DNA of 63,469 bases, filler included, from 15 parts of 15 records of this genome joined end to end with filler, not necessarily neighbours in it, one strand, 5' to 3'; positions 1 to 12,433 are shown, counted from the first letter of the whole stretch. Numbers and translations: made by a program. The notes: a model not told the origin generated them from the sequence alone.

Positions 1-1701
1 TGCACTAGGGGTGTAACATTTGGTGGGTATTTGAGGGAAGTCAGGCGTGTGCACTCTCCGTATGGGTCTCTTGTACTGTCGAATGTATTCCCGGAAGTTC
101 CGAATGAAGCTATAGAAGAATTTTTTTTTGACACCTTCGGCACTGAAATCCGACAAATAAAGCAAATTCCAGCTGGATTTAAGGATCCAAAGTTACGGCA
201 TATAATGTCCTTCCGCAGGGAAATAAAGTACATGAAGCCCAGGGAAAATGTCTCTTTTCCTGCAGAAATAATGCTACCATATGCTAATGAGAACTACAAG
301 ATATACTTGTCCGAGCCTGGTAAGCCAATTTGTTTCCGTTGCTTTCAGTTTGGTCACATACAAGCAATTTGCCCACAAAGAAGGCAGCAACAAGGTGATA
401 CACGGAGATACAGAACAGATGAAGTTCATAAGGAGAGATCTAAGCACCAAGCAGAGAATAATGAAAATGACCAACAAAGAAAAAGAGTTGATGAAAATCA
501 AACACGAGATAGTAGTTTGAATCCAAATAATGAACCAGCTAAAACCAGCGATATTCACACTGACGACAACATACCTGCACATGAGCAGGCGAATAAAAAA
601 GATGCAAATGTAGAGAATGGTGCAACGAGCTCCAATGAAGGTGTGCGATATGAAACTCAAAGAAATGACCCTAGCAACCAAGAAGATACTGGATTTATTA
701 GGCAGAAAAATAAATACAATAAGCGAAAGAAGAACAGTTTTCAGCTAAGTGACTCAGGCGATTCAGCACTTGAAGTTAGCAACAAGTATGATGTGCTTGC
801 TCACACGGACATGCAGGACACAACTATAGATTCAGAGGCAAATCAAAACAAAAATAGACAAGCAGCAAAAAGGGTGAAACCAGACATGGAAAAAACACAC
901 GGAAAAAACGGCAACGTAAACGAGCCCACACACGATAACACAGGTGAGATGATTGGTCATGAGGAAAATGTGACTACTAGGACTACGTTAGAAACCGCGC
1001 ACACCACAGACACTGTCCTACATGTAGAAAACAATGTACCTCAGACAGGAGACAGTCGGTTACATCATGTAATAAATGACGTACCGGTAGCTGTTGACAA
1101 AGAACAATTAGTATCAGACCACAACGGAAGTGATCTATCCGTATGTATTGACATGCCAGAAGAAGATCCAAGTGATTTCGTGATCATTACTAATGATATG
1201 AATGCAGAGTCCAGGATTAGCACGCCATTGGAAAAGTACAAGGATAAACCCATAAGCTTAACACAACTCCTTGATATGAATAGCCCAGATGGTACGGATA
1301 TAAATCTATTTAAGATGCCAACAACTAATGATAGTAAATCTCAGAATACAGCAGAAAATGAGTTGAATGATATGGCGTATGAATCTGGTCATTCGGATAC
1401 ATCCATCCAAACTCAGGATTTGCACAGTACCGGTACGGCAGCTCCATGTAATGAGTTTCCCTTACGTAGAAGTGAGCTAAAAGATTTCCTTAACCAAATA
1501 AAAGCCAAGCGAAAAGGAGAAATTGCTAGAATAGCTGAGCAATACACAAAAAACATTAATGGGCTTTTAAAACAACTTGAAGCCGAGAAAAATCACAAGA
1601 CCACTGGCGATCCAAATAAAATTGAGGAACCGCACAACAAAAACATACGTAAAAGAATCAACCGAGTGATATCAATCCTGCAAGACAGCAGCTATTTCTA
1701 A
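1..1701 (+). CDS. Tx1-like ORF1p, 5' partial (RRM-like region plus CCHC knuckle)
   Basis: Frame open from base 1; LSNVFPEV...RHIMSFRRE motif typical of Tx1 ORF1; CFRCFQFGHIQAIC knuckle; long polar low-complexity tail. Confidence 0.8.
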   Translation, partial: CTRGVTFGGYLREVRRVHSPYGSLVLSNVFPEVPNEAIEEFFFDTFGTEIRQIKQIPAGFKDPKLRHIMSFRREIKYMKPRENVSFPAEIMLPYANENYKIYLSEPGKPICFRCFQFGHIQAICPQRRQQQGDTRRYRTDEVHKERSKHQAENNENDQQRKRVDENQTRDSSLNPNNEPAKTSDIHTDDNIPAHEQANKKDANVENGATSSNEGVRYETQRNDPSNQEDTGFIRQKNKYNKRKKNSFQLSDSGDSALEVSNKYDVLAHTDMQDTTIDSEANQNKNRQAAKRVKPDMEKTHGKNGNVNEPTHDNTGEMIGHEENVTTRTTLETAHTTDTVLHVENNVPQTGDSRLHHVINDVPVAVDKEQLVSDHNGSDLSVCIDMPEEDPSDFVIITNDMNAESRISTPLEKYKDKPISLTQLLDMNSPDGTDINLFKMPTTNDSKSQNTAENELNDMAYESGHSDTSIQTQDLHSTGTAAPCNEFPLRRSELKDFLNQIKAKRKGEIARIAEQYTKNINGLLKQLEAEKNHKTTGDPNKIEEPHNKNIRKRINRVISILQDSSYF

Positions 1702-1763
1702 CACTATGCCTCTATTTAATGTAGAAAGAAGAAACGGCTATCTCCAACTATAAACAATTTATC

Positions 1764-3495
1764 ATGGCTACATCTTTTAACATGCTCTCTTTAAACACAC
1801 ATGGCATGTCTCAGCGAACGAGGGCATCACAAATAACGGATTATTTGAATATTACGAAGACAGATATTGCATTTCTGCAAGAGACAAATATATCAAGTGC
1901 CCAGTTAAAAAGTGACGCCATGTTTTGGAATAGCTTACCTTATAACTATACTTTCTTTTCTACTACGCACAGATTTTCAGGAGTTGGTATTGCAGTCAGA
2001 AAAAACAGCATTATAAAAGTTACATTTACAGAGGAAATAATACCAGGAAACCTAATTTTTGTTACATTCGAAGTAAATCGCAAACTTTATAAAGTATACA
2101 ATATTTACACACCGCAAACTGATGATGAAGCAATCAGAACATTGAATGAGCTTTGTAGACATGCTGAAAACCAAGAGCTAGTGAATACCATTTTAATCGG
2201 GGACTTCAACGTAACGCTGAATCCTAAACTAGACAGGCAAGATGGAGCCACAGAAAGGCGGATTGCACTGCAGAAAAAATTAAAAGATGCATGTAATCAG
2301 CTTCAAGTGAAAGATATATGGCGTGTAACACATCAGACTACTAGACAATACACTTATATGAGTTCTAGAGGGAATACAATAATTAAGGCAAGGCTGGATA
2401 GGATATACGGCTCAAAGCAAAGCCAACAAAGTATAAAATCATGTGAAATTCATGGTTGTAGTTTATCGGACCACGAGGCACTCGTCACAACATTTCAAAT
2501 TGATGATGCACGACCAAGTAACAAAGACACTAAAGGAAGATGGAGGTTAAACAATGCACTGCTGGAAGACAAGGAATATTGTGATATCATGAAAATTTTT
2601 CTTAACTCTTGGCTCTTAGAGAAGCAACTTTACGAAGGAAACATCTCATTATGGTGGGAAATCTTGAAAAGCAGAATTAAATGTATCAGCATCAACTTTT
2701 CCATACAAAAATCAAGGGAGGAACGCAATGAAGTGCTAAATCTTCAGAAACAGCTTAATGACGTCATCCAAAATGGTATAACTACAAACAATGACAAAGA
2801 AAGGTATGAGGAGAAAAAACAGATGTTGAATCATTTGTTTAAAAAGCGAGCTCAAAGTGCCCTGGTGAACTCCAGATTTAAGCACATAAACGAAACAGAC
2901 AAACCGACTAGGTACTTTTACTCGCTGGATAAACAACAGACTGTGTCACATTCTATAAAAACTATGCAAACTAACAACGGGAATGTTACTGATGATGTCA
3001 ATGAAATAAAAAACCACATAGTCAACTTCTACGAAAATCTGTATAAGACGGATGACATTGAAGACAAATACATAGATGAAATGCTGAAAGACATTCCTCA
3101 AATAACAGAAGAGCAGAAGACGTATATGGATAGGCCTATCTGTTTGGCCGAGTTTTCAAAGGCAGTGAAGCAGTCCAGTCAAAACACAGCACCAGGATCA
3201 GATGGAATAACAAACGAGTTCTACAAAAAATTCTGGCATCTTTTAGGAAGCCATGTAGTTGAAGTATTTGAAGAACTCATACAAGACGGAGAACTCAGTC
3301 ATGCAATGAAGATAGCGATTATAATACTACTTTTAAAGAAAGATACAGACCACAGATTTATAAAAAATTATAGGCCCATATCTTTGTTGAATACGGATTT
3401 GAAATTGTTTACAAAAGTGTTAGCAAACCGGATGAAGGGAGTGAGTAAGGGAATAATACACAGAGATCAGACGTGTAGTATACCAGAGAGAAAAA
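1764..3495 (+). CDS. LINE ORF2p (APE endonuclease plus start of RT), 3' partial
   Basis: LNTHG, FLQET, GDFN, RLDR and SDH endonuclease motifs; APGSDG and NYRPISLLN RT-proximal motifs. Confidence 0.93.
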
Positions 3496-3595
3496 NNNNN
3501 NNNNNNNNNNNNNNNNNNNNNNNNNNNNNNNNNNNNNNNTTAATTAATTAANNNNNNNNNNNNNNNNNNNNNNNNNNNNNNNNNNNNNNNNNNNN
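3496..3595. other. Artificial contig-joining spacer (first of 14). Others start at 6836, 12459, 17023, 29345, 33142, 37330, 39714, 44444, 47097, 49629, 53261, 55648 and 61167; each is 100 nt
   Basis: Identical N-run/TTAATTAATTAA/N-run blocks, with stops in all six frames; flanking sequences are unrelated. Confidence 0.99.
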
Positions 3596-6500
3596 GATGA
3601 AAGAATCAAACTTGACTCTAATCATGTGGAAATGGTGAATTTCAATCATCCAGAATTTACAGTAGTAAAGAACTGTAAAAAGAATCTTGGTTCAGAGCAA
3701 GTGGAAGTGGGTTCCAATCATCTAGAATTTGCGATGAAAACGACATGTTATAGAATTAAAGCAAATGCAGTGAATCAGACAGAAGATACGAACATTAACA
3801 CTTTTATTAATGGTGAACAACTAACTACAGAAATAATGCCATTATGTGGTAGTTGCAAATGTGGGAAATGTCCAATTGTTGGACAGACATATTCTTTTAA
3901 AGAGGAACAAGAGCTGAAGATGATTAGAGATAATTTGGAGTACGATAAAGAAAATTGTTGTTGGATTACTAGTTATCCGTGGTTGGTGAACCCGGAAACA
4001 CTTCCAGACAATTATACTATGGCCCTCGCTACGTTAATAAGCACAGAAAACAAATTGAAAAGAGATCCCGAATGGGCTAAAACATATTCAGGACAAATTC
4101 AAGATATGGTAGACAGGAAAGTGGCACGAAAATTAACAGATTTTGAAGCAAAGAATTGGAATGGCCCTAAGTTCTACATTAGCCATTTAGCTATTCTAAA
4201 CATACGCTCGAATTCGACACCAGTCAGAATTGTCTTTAACTCAAGTCAGGTATTTAAAGGGAATTCTTTAAACTCATGCTTAGCAAAAGGACCCGACTGC
4301 TATATGAATAACATGACGGGTATTATGCTTCGTTGGAGAGAAGAGGAAATTGCAGTGGTGGGAGACATAAAGAAAATGTATAACTCAATTCACCTGAAAT
4401 CGATGGAGCAACAATGCCATCGATTCCTTTGGAGAGATTTAGATACCACCAGGAAGCCAGATGTTTACATCATTACACGTGTGAATATGGGTGATAGACC
4501 AGCATCTGCAATCAGTTCTGAAGCCATCTACAAAACTGCTGACAGATTCCATGATGACAGCCCAAGGGCTGCGGAATTATTAAGAAATTCAACATATGTA
4601 GATGATCTAATTGACTCGTTCAAAACTGAATTAGAGGCTCAAGTTGTCATGCAACAAGTTGAAGACATGCTCCATAAAGGTGGATTTAAAGTAAAGTGTT
4701 GGGAATTCAATGGACAAACAAACAGTGGGGAAACAGCAAGTTTATTGAAAGGAACAGGAGACACCTTGCGTGTTTTAGGGTTAGGCTGGAAACCAAAGAG
4801 TGATACAATAGTTTTTGAAGTCAATCTCAATTTCTCAAGGAAGCAGAAAGGCATACGAACAAGCGAAAGTCTTCACAGAACTGCTGTTCCCAAGGACCTT
4901 CCAACAATATTGACACGACGAATTATACTGGAACAAGTAATGATGATATATGATCCGTTAGGGTTAATATCACCTTTCACCCTGTTGTCAAAAATCTACC
5001 TCAGAGAAACGTGGGCTTTGAAGCTTGAATGGGATGAACCGATACCAGCAGATCTTCGACAGAAATGGGTACAGTTCTTTACTTCACTGTTTGAAATAGA
5101 GGATCTGCAGTTACCCCGTTGCTTACACCCAAAGAACACAGTGGGACTCCCATGGCTAATCATTTTCAGTGACGGCAGTAATATCGCGTACGGCTTCATT
5201 GCTTACATACGATGGAAATTGGAAAATGGAAAATATTGGTGCCGACTCATAATGACCAAAAGTAGAATTGCGCCATTAAAAAAGATTTCCACTCCACAGA
5301 TGGAACTAAATGCTGCTGTTCTATCAAAGCGTGGTAGGAAAGTAATAGAAAAGGAAACAAGATTTCAGTATGAGAGGGTCATACAGATCGTCGATTCAGA
5401 GACTGTACTTAACATGATCAACAAAACGAGCACACGATTCAAAACATACGAAGGTGTAAGGATTGGAGAGATACAAGCAGCAACCAATGGAGATATGTCT
5501 TGTTGGGCATGGATGGCAGGCAAACATAATACTGCTGATTGGCTTACCAGAGGACGAATGCCACACGAACTGGACATAGATTCTCAATGGTGGAATGGAC
5601 CACCTGTATTATATACACATTTTGAGGAGTGGGAGATAAAATTCGGGCTGCAAAAGGATGAGTTTTCTCCAGGAGAAAAGAAGATATTTGCCACGTCAGC
5701 CATTACCTCTCAGGTTTCGTTGATAGCATATGACAGATGCAGCAACATTAACAAACTTTTTTGGGTGATAGCAAGGCTAAAGAATATTGCTAAGCTCAAG
5801 TCAATACGTGGAGGTAATCGCAATCTTGTAACTTGTGAAGGCTTACAAATTGCTGAAGACTACATTGTAAGGGACATCCAAAAAACAATAACCAATGAAC
5901 TACAAATGGTCGATGGCAAAGGTCGAAAGGGAGGTCGTTACTCGCGATTGAACCCAATTCAAAATCGTAATGGCATATGGGTTATAGGAGCTAGAATGGC
6001 TTTACACAATGCCATGACACCTGATTCAGAGCTTCAAATACTTATACCTACAAAGCATGAGGGTACTCGACTTTTCATGAAGCGTGCACATGTTAACGGA
6101 CACAGAGGAAGAGATGCTACGTTAGTGCATTTTAGACAAAAGTACTGGACTCCACATGGTGATAAATTGGCTAAATCTGTCAAGTTTGAATGCCAAAAGT
6201 GCAAGCTGCACAATGTAGCTCTGTTGAATCAGGAGATGGCTCCACTGCCGGAGAAAAGGCTTAGGCCATCGCCCCCGTTTAACAATGTGATGCTTGATTT
6301 GTTTGGACCGTACTCAGTTCGAGGGGAAGTACAGAAACGAGTAACGTCAAAGGTTTATGGAGTGCTTTTCGCAGATTTGGTTATGCGGGCTGTACATATC
6401 GAAGGTGCAGTGGGGTACGATACAAGTTCTTTTCTATTGGCACTTAGAAGATATGCAAGCATTCGAGGATGGCCTGAAACCATTTTTAGTGACCCTGGAT

Positions 6501-6835
6501 CACAACTCGTAAGTGCAAGCAAAGAGTTAACAGAAGCATGGGATAACATGGACCATTCACGGATTGGGAATCTCAGTACTACACAAGGAACAACTTGGGT
6601 TTTTGGTGCTTCGAATAGTCCATGGCACCAAGGGGCAGTCGAGTCACTAGTCAAAAGTGTAAAGAGAGCAATAGATTTCGCTGTACACAATCATCGCCTG
6701 TCGATATCTGAAATAATGACTGTTTTTTCCGAAGCGGCTAATCTTGTAAATGAACGTCCGATTGGTTCCTTGCCTAAGATCGACTCAGATTTGAATATCT
6801 TGACACCAAATAGCTTACTGTTAGGCAGAGCTCGT
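3596..6835 (+). CDS. BEL/Pao LTR retrotransposon Pol (RT, RNase H, integrase), both ends partial
   Basis: RIVFNSS, GDIKKMY, YVDD, IYDPLG, FSDGS, KSRIAP, ELNAA, NTADWLTRG; integrase HHCC and DLFGP...SDPGSQ...ESLV. Confidence 0.93.
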
Positions 6836-6936
6836 NNNNNNNNNNNNNNNNNNNNNNNNNNNNNNNNNNNNNNNNNNNNTTAATTAATTAANNNNNNNNN
6901 NNNNNNNNNNNNNNNNNNNNNNNNNNNNNNNNNNNG

Positions 6937-9900
6937 GAATGGAATCGTACCACTGGCAAAGATCCAAAAAGAATGTTCGATCTTGATCCTTTGTTAGAGT
7001 TTGCTACATCAGAGATCGAATCATTGGAGTCGGTTGCTATGAATATGGAAGCCAAGAAATCTCCTCCAAAAGATCCTGCCAAGCGATCGCACGCGACATT
7101 GTTCTCTTCCTCCCAAAGTACAATTTGTGTGTTTTGTCAGGGAGCCTGCAGATCTGCCTTCAAATGCTCTAAATTCACAGGAGCAGATCTCAAGTCGCGT
7201 TATGAAATGGCCAAGTCCAATCATCTTTGCTTTAATTGTTTGGGAAAGCACATGCGCAAGGATTGCCACTCCAAGCAAACGTGCAGCGAGTGCCGAGGAT
7301 CGCATCACACTCTTCTGCACAAGAAGATCATATCCAGTGATCACAGTCGTGTAAACTGTGCTTCCGTGAAGCAAAGTGCTCATCGGATCATCATGCCAAC
7401 CGTGCTGTTTCGGGTAAAGGGATGTGATCGATTGGTCCGTGCATTGCTCGACTCTTGTGCCTGTGATTCTTTTGTAACTGAAAGCTTCTTAAGGGAAGTT
7501 GATCCGATCAATGAAATCGAAAATCGTCTCATGCAAGTGGAAGTGTTTGAGTCGGATTCCACCATTGAATCTGCTCGCCGAAAGGTGGAGTACGAGTTCT
7601 CAAGTCGCTATAGTGACAGTAATTACAGGATTAAACTCTGGTCCTGTAAATCTACATGCTCTCCACTACCTGGAGTGGAGATGAAAAGTATGTCTAAGTT
7701 GCCAGGCGATCTGAGATATGCAGAGATCTTCAATGGTTCCTGCATGAAGATTGACATGCTTATTGGGCTTGATGCTTTACCAAAAATCCTAAGTCATCAA
7801 GAATCTCCCAAGTTCGTGGATGATCTTGTATTGTTGCCGACAATCTTTGGTTGGGCTATTGGTGGATCCTCTCAAGCAGCGAGAGCGAAGGGATCATCAC
7901 TTGCTCCTGTTGTTCGAACTTTGATTCAGCACAGTCTTTCAGCTTCCGAGGCATGGTGGGAGCTGGACGCAGTCGGTATCACTCTGGAGAGTGAAAAGGA
8001 TCACTTTGATCTTAACATCACTAGAGATGGTGATCGTTACGTTGTAGCGCTTCCGTGGATTTGTGCTGATCGACCAGCATACTCCTTCACGCAAGCAAGA
8101 TTACGTGCTCGATCTTTCAAAAGACTGCCTGAAGATCAGCAAATCAAATATATTGATTCATTAAAGGAATGGATCAATATGGGCATCCTGGAACCATCTC
8201 CAGATCCATATGGTGGGAGTTTTCTCCCACACCACCGTGTTCTCCAGGGCGAGAACTTACAAAAGTTCCGAGTTGTATTTGATGGATCTGCCATACCATG
8301 GAATGGCAAGAGCATCAACAACTGTCTCCTTACGGGACCAAATCTTGTGAGCGATCTTGTAGCTATACTCCTCCGTTTCAGAACATACCCGGTCGTGGTC
8401 ATTGCTGATGTGGAGAAGGCGTTCCTCATGGTCGGGATTGCAGAAGAAGATCGTGAACTCTTAAAGATTGTTTGGTTTTGTGACGGCAAACTCCGAGTGT
8501 CGCGATTTGCTCGTCTGCCATTTGGATTGAATTCATCGATCGCTATTCTGCACAAAGTAGTGCATACACACATTACTAACTGTTACCCAGATTTTCAGCA
8601 TCTTCTCAAGAGCTTCTATGTGGATGATCTGGTGACTGGTTTCGATAATCCACAGGCTGCTCTCAAGTTCAAGGAGCAGATGGTGCCTGCCTTTTCGGCT
8701 GCAGGGATGAATCTTCGCAAATGGTCCTCTTCATCGGAGGAGGCCCGAGTAAAGTGGGGAGCCTCTTCAGATACGACTAAAGTGCTGGGCCTAGGATGGG
8801 ATCCAGCAGGTGACACTGTAACAGTCTCTATAGTACTATGTTCGGAGAGTGTTACCCTGACAAAGCGTCACATTCTCAAATACATTGCGAAAATCTTTGA
8901 TCCCTTGGGTCTGGCATCACCATTCGTGATTCGTCTGCGAATGATTTTTCAAGAGTTGTGGACTTTACAAGTTGGCTGGGACACTCCCGTTCCCTCTGGT
9001 ATAGCCGATCGTTGGATGTCCATGGTTGCTGAATCAAGAGAAACTCCATGCATCAGTTACCCAAGGATGGTGGAGATGAATACCTCTGCAGAGTTGCACA
9101 CTTTTGCAGATGCTTCGATGAAAGCATATGGTGCAGTTGCATACATTAAGTCATTAACTGGATCAGTGATTTTGATGTCACGGGTTCGCCTCGCTCCTCT
9201 GAAGCCAGTTACATTAACACTCCCCAGGTTAGAGCTCATGGCTGCTCTTTGTGCCGTACGCTTAGCGGAGTATGTGACTGAAAACTGCCCTCAGCTAGGA
9301 GAGTGTAAGAGGAGATTCTATTCAGATTCCATGATCGTTCTTGGATGGATACGAGGATCTCCCAAGGAAGTATTCGTGCGAAACCGTACGCGCGAAATTC
9401 TACTAAAGTCGGATCCTGATGACTGGTCGCATGTAGATAGCCAGAGCAACCCGGCGGATCTGCCTAGTCGTGGGATGACGGCTGATAGTCTACAGCACTC
9501 TACATTCTGGAGATGTGGGCCACAGTTTCTTCAGGATGATTCGATCATCACATCATCAACTTGCATTTTGACCAATGTACAAAAGGTCGATGATTTCACT
9601 CCAATCTTCCCGGTGGAACGATGGGGTACACTTTCGAAAGCATGCCGTGTGGTCGAGATAGTGCAGAAGTTTCTCCGAAGATGCAGCAGCCAAATCCGGG
9701 TACTTCGTCTGTCTACTCGTACAGCCTTGGATTGTTTGGTTGGAGAAGCACAACAGGTTACCTCGCCTCAAGACGTGCATGCCTTGAAACATGGAAAGGA
9801 TGTCTTACCTTCTTCCTCACTGTGGAATTCTCGACCATATTGGGAACCGGATCGACAGCTGATCATGTGCTCGCCTCGTAATGGGGAATCAACGATGCCA

Positions 9901-11118
9901 TGGCTGCCCAGCAGAAGCAGGATCATGGCTCTGATCGTAGAAGATGTGCATCGCAATCTTTATCATCAGGGTGTTACTACTACGGCCAGTGAGGTCTCGC
10001 GAATGTATTGGTTGCAGAAGGCTGTACGCACGATCAAACCCATCCTCTCGAAATGTGTTCGATGTCGAAGATTGCAAAGCCGTCCCTTTGCTTCCGAGGA
10101 GGGAGGTCTGCCTAGTTTCAGAGTAACTCCTAGTATTCCATTCAACAACACTGGACTGGATCATTTTGGCCCACTAACCACATGCGATCATGGAAAGGTA
10201 TGGGTCTTGTTGTTCACTTGTGCAGTGATTAGAGCTGTTCATCTAGAGGTCGTTATCTCATTAAACGAGAAGGAAACCATGCTAGCCATTCGAAGGTTCA
10301 ACGCTCGCCGTGGAATTCAAGAGATGGTGTTTTACAGTGATAACTTTTCCTCCTTTTGTACACTAGCACGCTTGTTGAAAGACAGGGTGAAATGGAGATC
10401 TATTCCAGAAGCAGCTCCCTGGTGGGGAGGATTCTGGGAAAGGATGGTTGGAACTGTAAAGCGGGCCTCGTATAAGACCATTGGAAATGCAGGTCTCTCC
10501 CTTAGTGAGATCTCTACAGTCATGACCGAACTGGAAGAAAGGATTAATCGTCGTCCGCTGTGCCAATCAACTAGCAATGATGCAGAACCGATCACGCCAG
10601 CACATTTTCTGTATGGAGCAGCACCACCACCCTTGATTCCAGGATCAATTCAAGATTGTAACGAGCCAGTAGATCTGGTTCATAGATGGAAACATCGCCT
10701 GATCGTCAGCGAACATCTTTGGAATCGCTGGAAGACAGAGTATCTTCAGTCGCTACGTAACTGGAGGACTCCACAGAAGAACGCTGCAAGGCCACAGAAG
10801 GGAGACATAGTGATGGTCCATGCAAAACCATTGCCACGACTTCGTTGGCCTCTGGCTGTGATTGAGGATCTCATCATCGGTAGAGACGGGAAGGCCAGGG
10901 CCGCATTCATCAGAACGAAAGGGCGTGTAACTCGCAGACCACTCAATCTGCTCCATCTACTGGAAGGCTCTCACGCAACAGATGGGGAAGGATTGATTTG
11001 CGGCAATGCTGAGAAGACTCTCGCACCACCACCAAAGGCACCATGTGACGGTTCGTCTCTTGATCAAGTGTACACTCGCAGAGGTCGCGCGATCAAGAAA
11101 CCACACAGATATAATTAA
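6937..11118 (+). CDS. BEL/Pao Gag-Pol, 5' partial (zinc knuckles, protease, RT, RNase H, integrase)
   Basis: Three Cys/His knuckles ending HHTLLH; ALLDSC protease; ADVEKAF, LPFG, YVDD; FADAS; PRLEL; NPADLPSRG; DHFGP/SDN/WERM; C-terminal LRWPLA...RPL. Confidence 0.95.
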   Translation, partial: EWNRTTGKDPKRMFDLDPLLEFATSEIESLESVAMNMEAKKSPPKDPAKRSHATLFSSSQSTICVFCQGACRSAFKCSKFTGADLKSRYEMAKSNHLCFNCLGKHMRKDCHSKQTCSECRGSHHTLLHKKIISSDHSRVNCASVKQSAHRIIMPTVLFRVKGCDRLVRALLDSCACDSFVTESFLREVDPINEIENRLMQVEVFESDSTIESARRKVEYEFSSRYSDSNYRIKLWSCKSTCSPLPGVEMKSMSKLPGDLRYAEIFNGSCMKIDMLIGLDALPKILSHQESPKFVDDLVLLPTIFGWAIGGSSQAARAKGSSLAPVVRTLIQHSLSASEAWWELDAVGITLESEKDHFDLNITRDGDRYVVALPWICADRPAYSFTQARLRARSFKRLPEDQQIKYIDSLKEWINMGILEPSPDPYGGSFLPHHRVLQGENLQKFRVVFDGSAIPWNGKSINNCLLTGPNLVSDLVAILLRFRTYPVVVIADVEKAFLMVGIAEEDRELLKIVWFCDGKLRVSRFARLPFGLNSSIAILHKVVHTHITNCYPDFQHLLKSFYVDDLVTGFDNPQAALKFKEQMVPAFSAAGMNLRKWSSSSEEARVKWGASSDTTKVLGLGWDPAGDTVTVSIVLCSESVTLTKRHILKYIAKIFDPLGLASPFVIRLRMIFQELWTLQVGWDTPVPSGIADRWMSMVAESRETPCISYPRMVEMNTSAELHTFADASMKAYGAVAYIKSLTGSVILMSRVRLAPLKPVTLTLPRLELMAALCAVRLAEYVTENCPQLGECKRRFYSDSMIVLGWIRGSPKEVFVRNRTREILLKSDPDDWSHVDSQSNPADLPSRGMTADSLQHSTFWRCGPQFLQDDSIITSSTCILTNVQKVDDFTPIFPVERWGTLSKACRVVEIVQKFLRRCSSQIRVLRLSTRTALDCLVGEAQQVTSPQDVHALKHGKDVLPSSSLWNSRPYWEPDRQLIMCSPRNGESTMPWLPSRSRIMALIVEDVHRNLYHQGVTTTASEVSRMYWLQKAVRTIKPILSKCVRCRRLQSRPFASEEGGLPSFRVTPSIPFNNTGLDHFGPLTTCDHGKVWVLLFTCAVIRAVHLEVVISLNEKETMLAIRRFNARRGIQEMVFYSDNFSSFCTLARLLKDRVKWRSIPEAAPWWGGFWERMVGTVKRASYKTIGNAGLSLSEISTVMTELEERINRRPLCQSTSNDAEPITPAHFLYGAAPPPLIPGSIQDCNEPVDLVHRWKHRLIVSEHLWNRWKTEYLQSLRNWRTPQKNAARPQKGDIVMVHAKPLPRLRWPLAVIEDLIIGRDGKARAAFIRTKGRVTRRPLNLLHLLEGSHATDGEGLICGNAEKTLAPPPKAPCDGSSLDQVYTRRGRAIKKPHRYN

Positions 11119-11229
11119 CGTGTGATTTGTGCCGTAGTTAAGACAATACAATAGTTAAGACATGTACATTAACAATACTGTGATGCCGAATCCTAAAAAA
11201 AACACTGTTGCTTCTGTCGTTTTAGGATC

Positions 11230-12126
11230 ATGACTGGTACATTTCTATGCAAACGGTGTTACAAGAGTTTTTCCACCAGTTCGAATATGAAGAGACACTC
11301 AAAGGCAGTACACGAGGTAAAGAAACCATGCAACTCGTGCGGCAAACCCGTTAAAGAAAGGAAGATGGAAAAACACGCAGCCAAACATCACGAGTTTGAA
11401 GAAGTCGACGAAGTGCTGAACGCACTACGAGATCACGAGAGTTGCCATGCTCTATCACCACTCCCGCCGTCACCGAGGGCGGGAACGCCAATGCCGACAA
11501 CGCCATTAAGGGATGAGCTGCTAGACGATTCATTCGATGAATCCTTTGTGAACGGGGGTAGCCCGAAGCTTGGAAGGGTCAAGGTCTGGCCTGCAACTGT
11601 GTCAGGGGCTAAGAAGCCACGATGCGAGACTATCGTCCGCGAGCCAGATTCCGGCCTACCCGATATTGTCGAGATCGAGGTTGCTCCTGTGGCCAGATCT
11701 GGAGATATCGGCAAAGTTAGTGACGACCCGCCTGTCGGACTGGAAGCGGTCAAGGATCGTGCTATCGCCCGACCGGCAGCCGAGACGAGTTGCACCACGG
11801 TAGTATCAACTATTGCCGAGATCGAAGTTGCTCCTGTGGCCGCATCTGGAGATGCTGGCGATAAGAGTGACGATCCACCTGCCAGTCCCTCCGGTAGCAA
11901 ACAAGCGTTGAGGGAGGACGAGACCCTCCTAGTGTGGTGCCCTCCAGCACGAGTGGAATTCCCACCTAACGATCCTAGGTTGACCACGCTGCCTCGTCCT
12001 GTCGGGACCTGGAACCATGCGAGAGTGGTAGAAGATAGAGATCATCCCGGCACCTACACGGTGCACTATGACTTCTTGAAAGAACTACACCTCAAGGCAA
12101 ATGGGGACATGATAAACAAGTACTAG
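11230..12126 (+). CDS. Accessory 298-aa protein with two N-terminal C2H2 zinc fingers, inside the BEL element
   Basis: CKRCYKSFSTSSNMKRHSKAVH and CNSCGKPVKERKMEKHAAKHH; intact ORF between the pol stop and the PPT. Confidence 0.75.
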   Translation: MTGTFLCKRCYKSFSTSSNMKRHSKAVHEVKKPCNSCGKPVKERKMEKHAAKHHEFEEVDEVLNALRDHESCHALSPLPPSPRAGTPMPTTPLRDELLDDSFDESFVNGGSPKLGRVKVWPATVSGAKKPRCETIVREPDSGLPDIVEIEVAPVARSGDIGKVSDDPPVGLEAVKDRAIARPAAETSCTTVVSTIAEIEVAPVAASGDAGDKSDDPPASPSGSKQALREDETLLVWCPPARVEFPPNDPRLTTLPRPVGTWNHARVVEDRDHPGTYTVHYDFLKELHLKANGDMINKY

Positions 12127-12433
12127 ATTAACAATAACACTAGTTAAACAGAAACAAAGTTAGTAGTGAAACATTAATTAAAACGAGAACAATGGAGTTG
12201 ACTTTAAACATTGTTATGTTTCATTATCATTATTTCACTATGTATCATTCCTATTATTTGGTTTTGATGTTTAGAATCTTGACAAGTGTCATTCGCTTTA
12301 TTGAGGTCGATGTCTATGTAACGTAAGCTTTGTTGAGGTCTCTGTCCAGTAACGTTTCTACTCTATTCAGATATGCGTAGCGGTATCTATGAACTTAAAG
12401 TTAACAGTATAGTATGTTGTTTTCTTGCTTAAC

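Larger units (their letters stand above)
1..3495 (+). mobile_element. Tx1-like (L1 group) non-LTR retrotransposon, internal fragment
   Basis: ORF1 with a zinc knuckle followed 62 nt later by an APE endonuclease-RT ORF2. Confidence 0.9.

Noticed and set aside
3496-3595. Regularly recurring TTAATTAATTAA as a biological repeat, and ORF tails ending in X...LIN or X...N
   Set aside because: Artificial linker inside N runs; ORF-track ends that run into it are truncation artefacts
11433-11987. 184-aa antisense ORF, and similar antisense ORFs such as 56933-57556 and 51572-52060
   Set aside because: Shadow frames of real coding sequence with no domain features
11230-12126. env gene interpretation of the BEL accessory ORF
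   Set aside because: No signal peptide, fusion-protein features or transmembrane anchor, and it is too short
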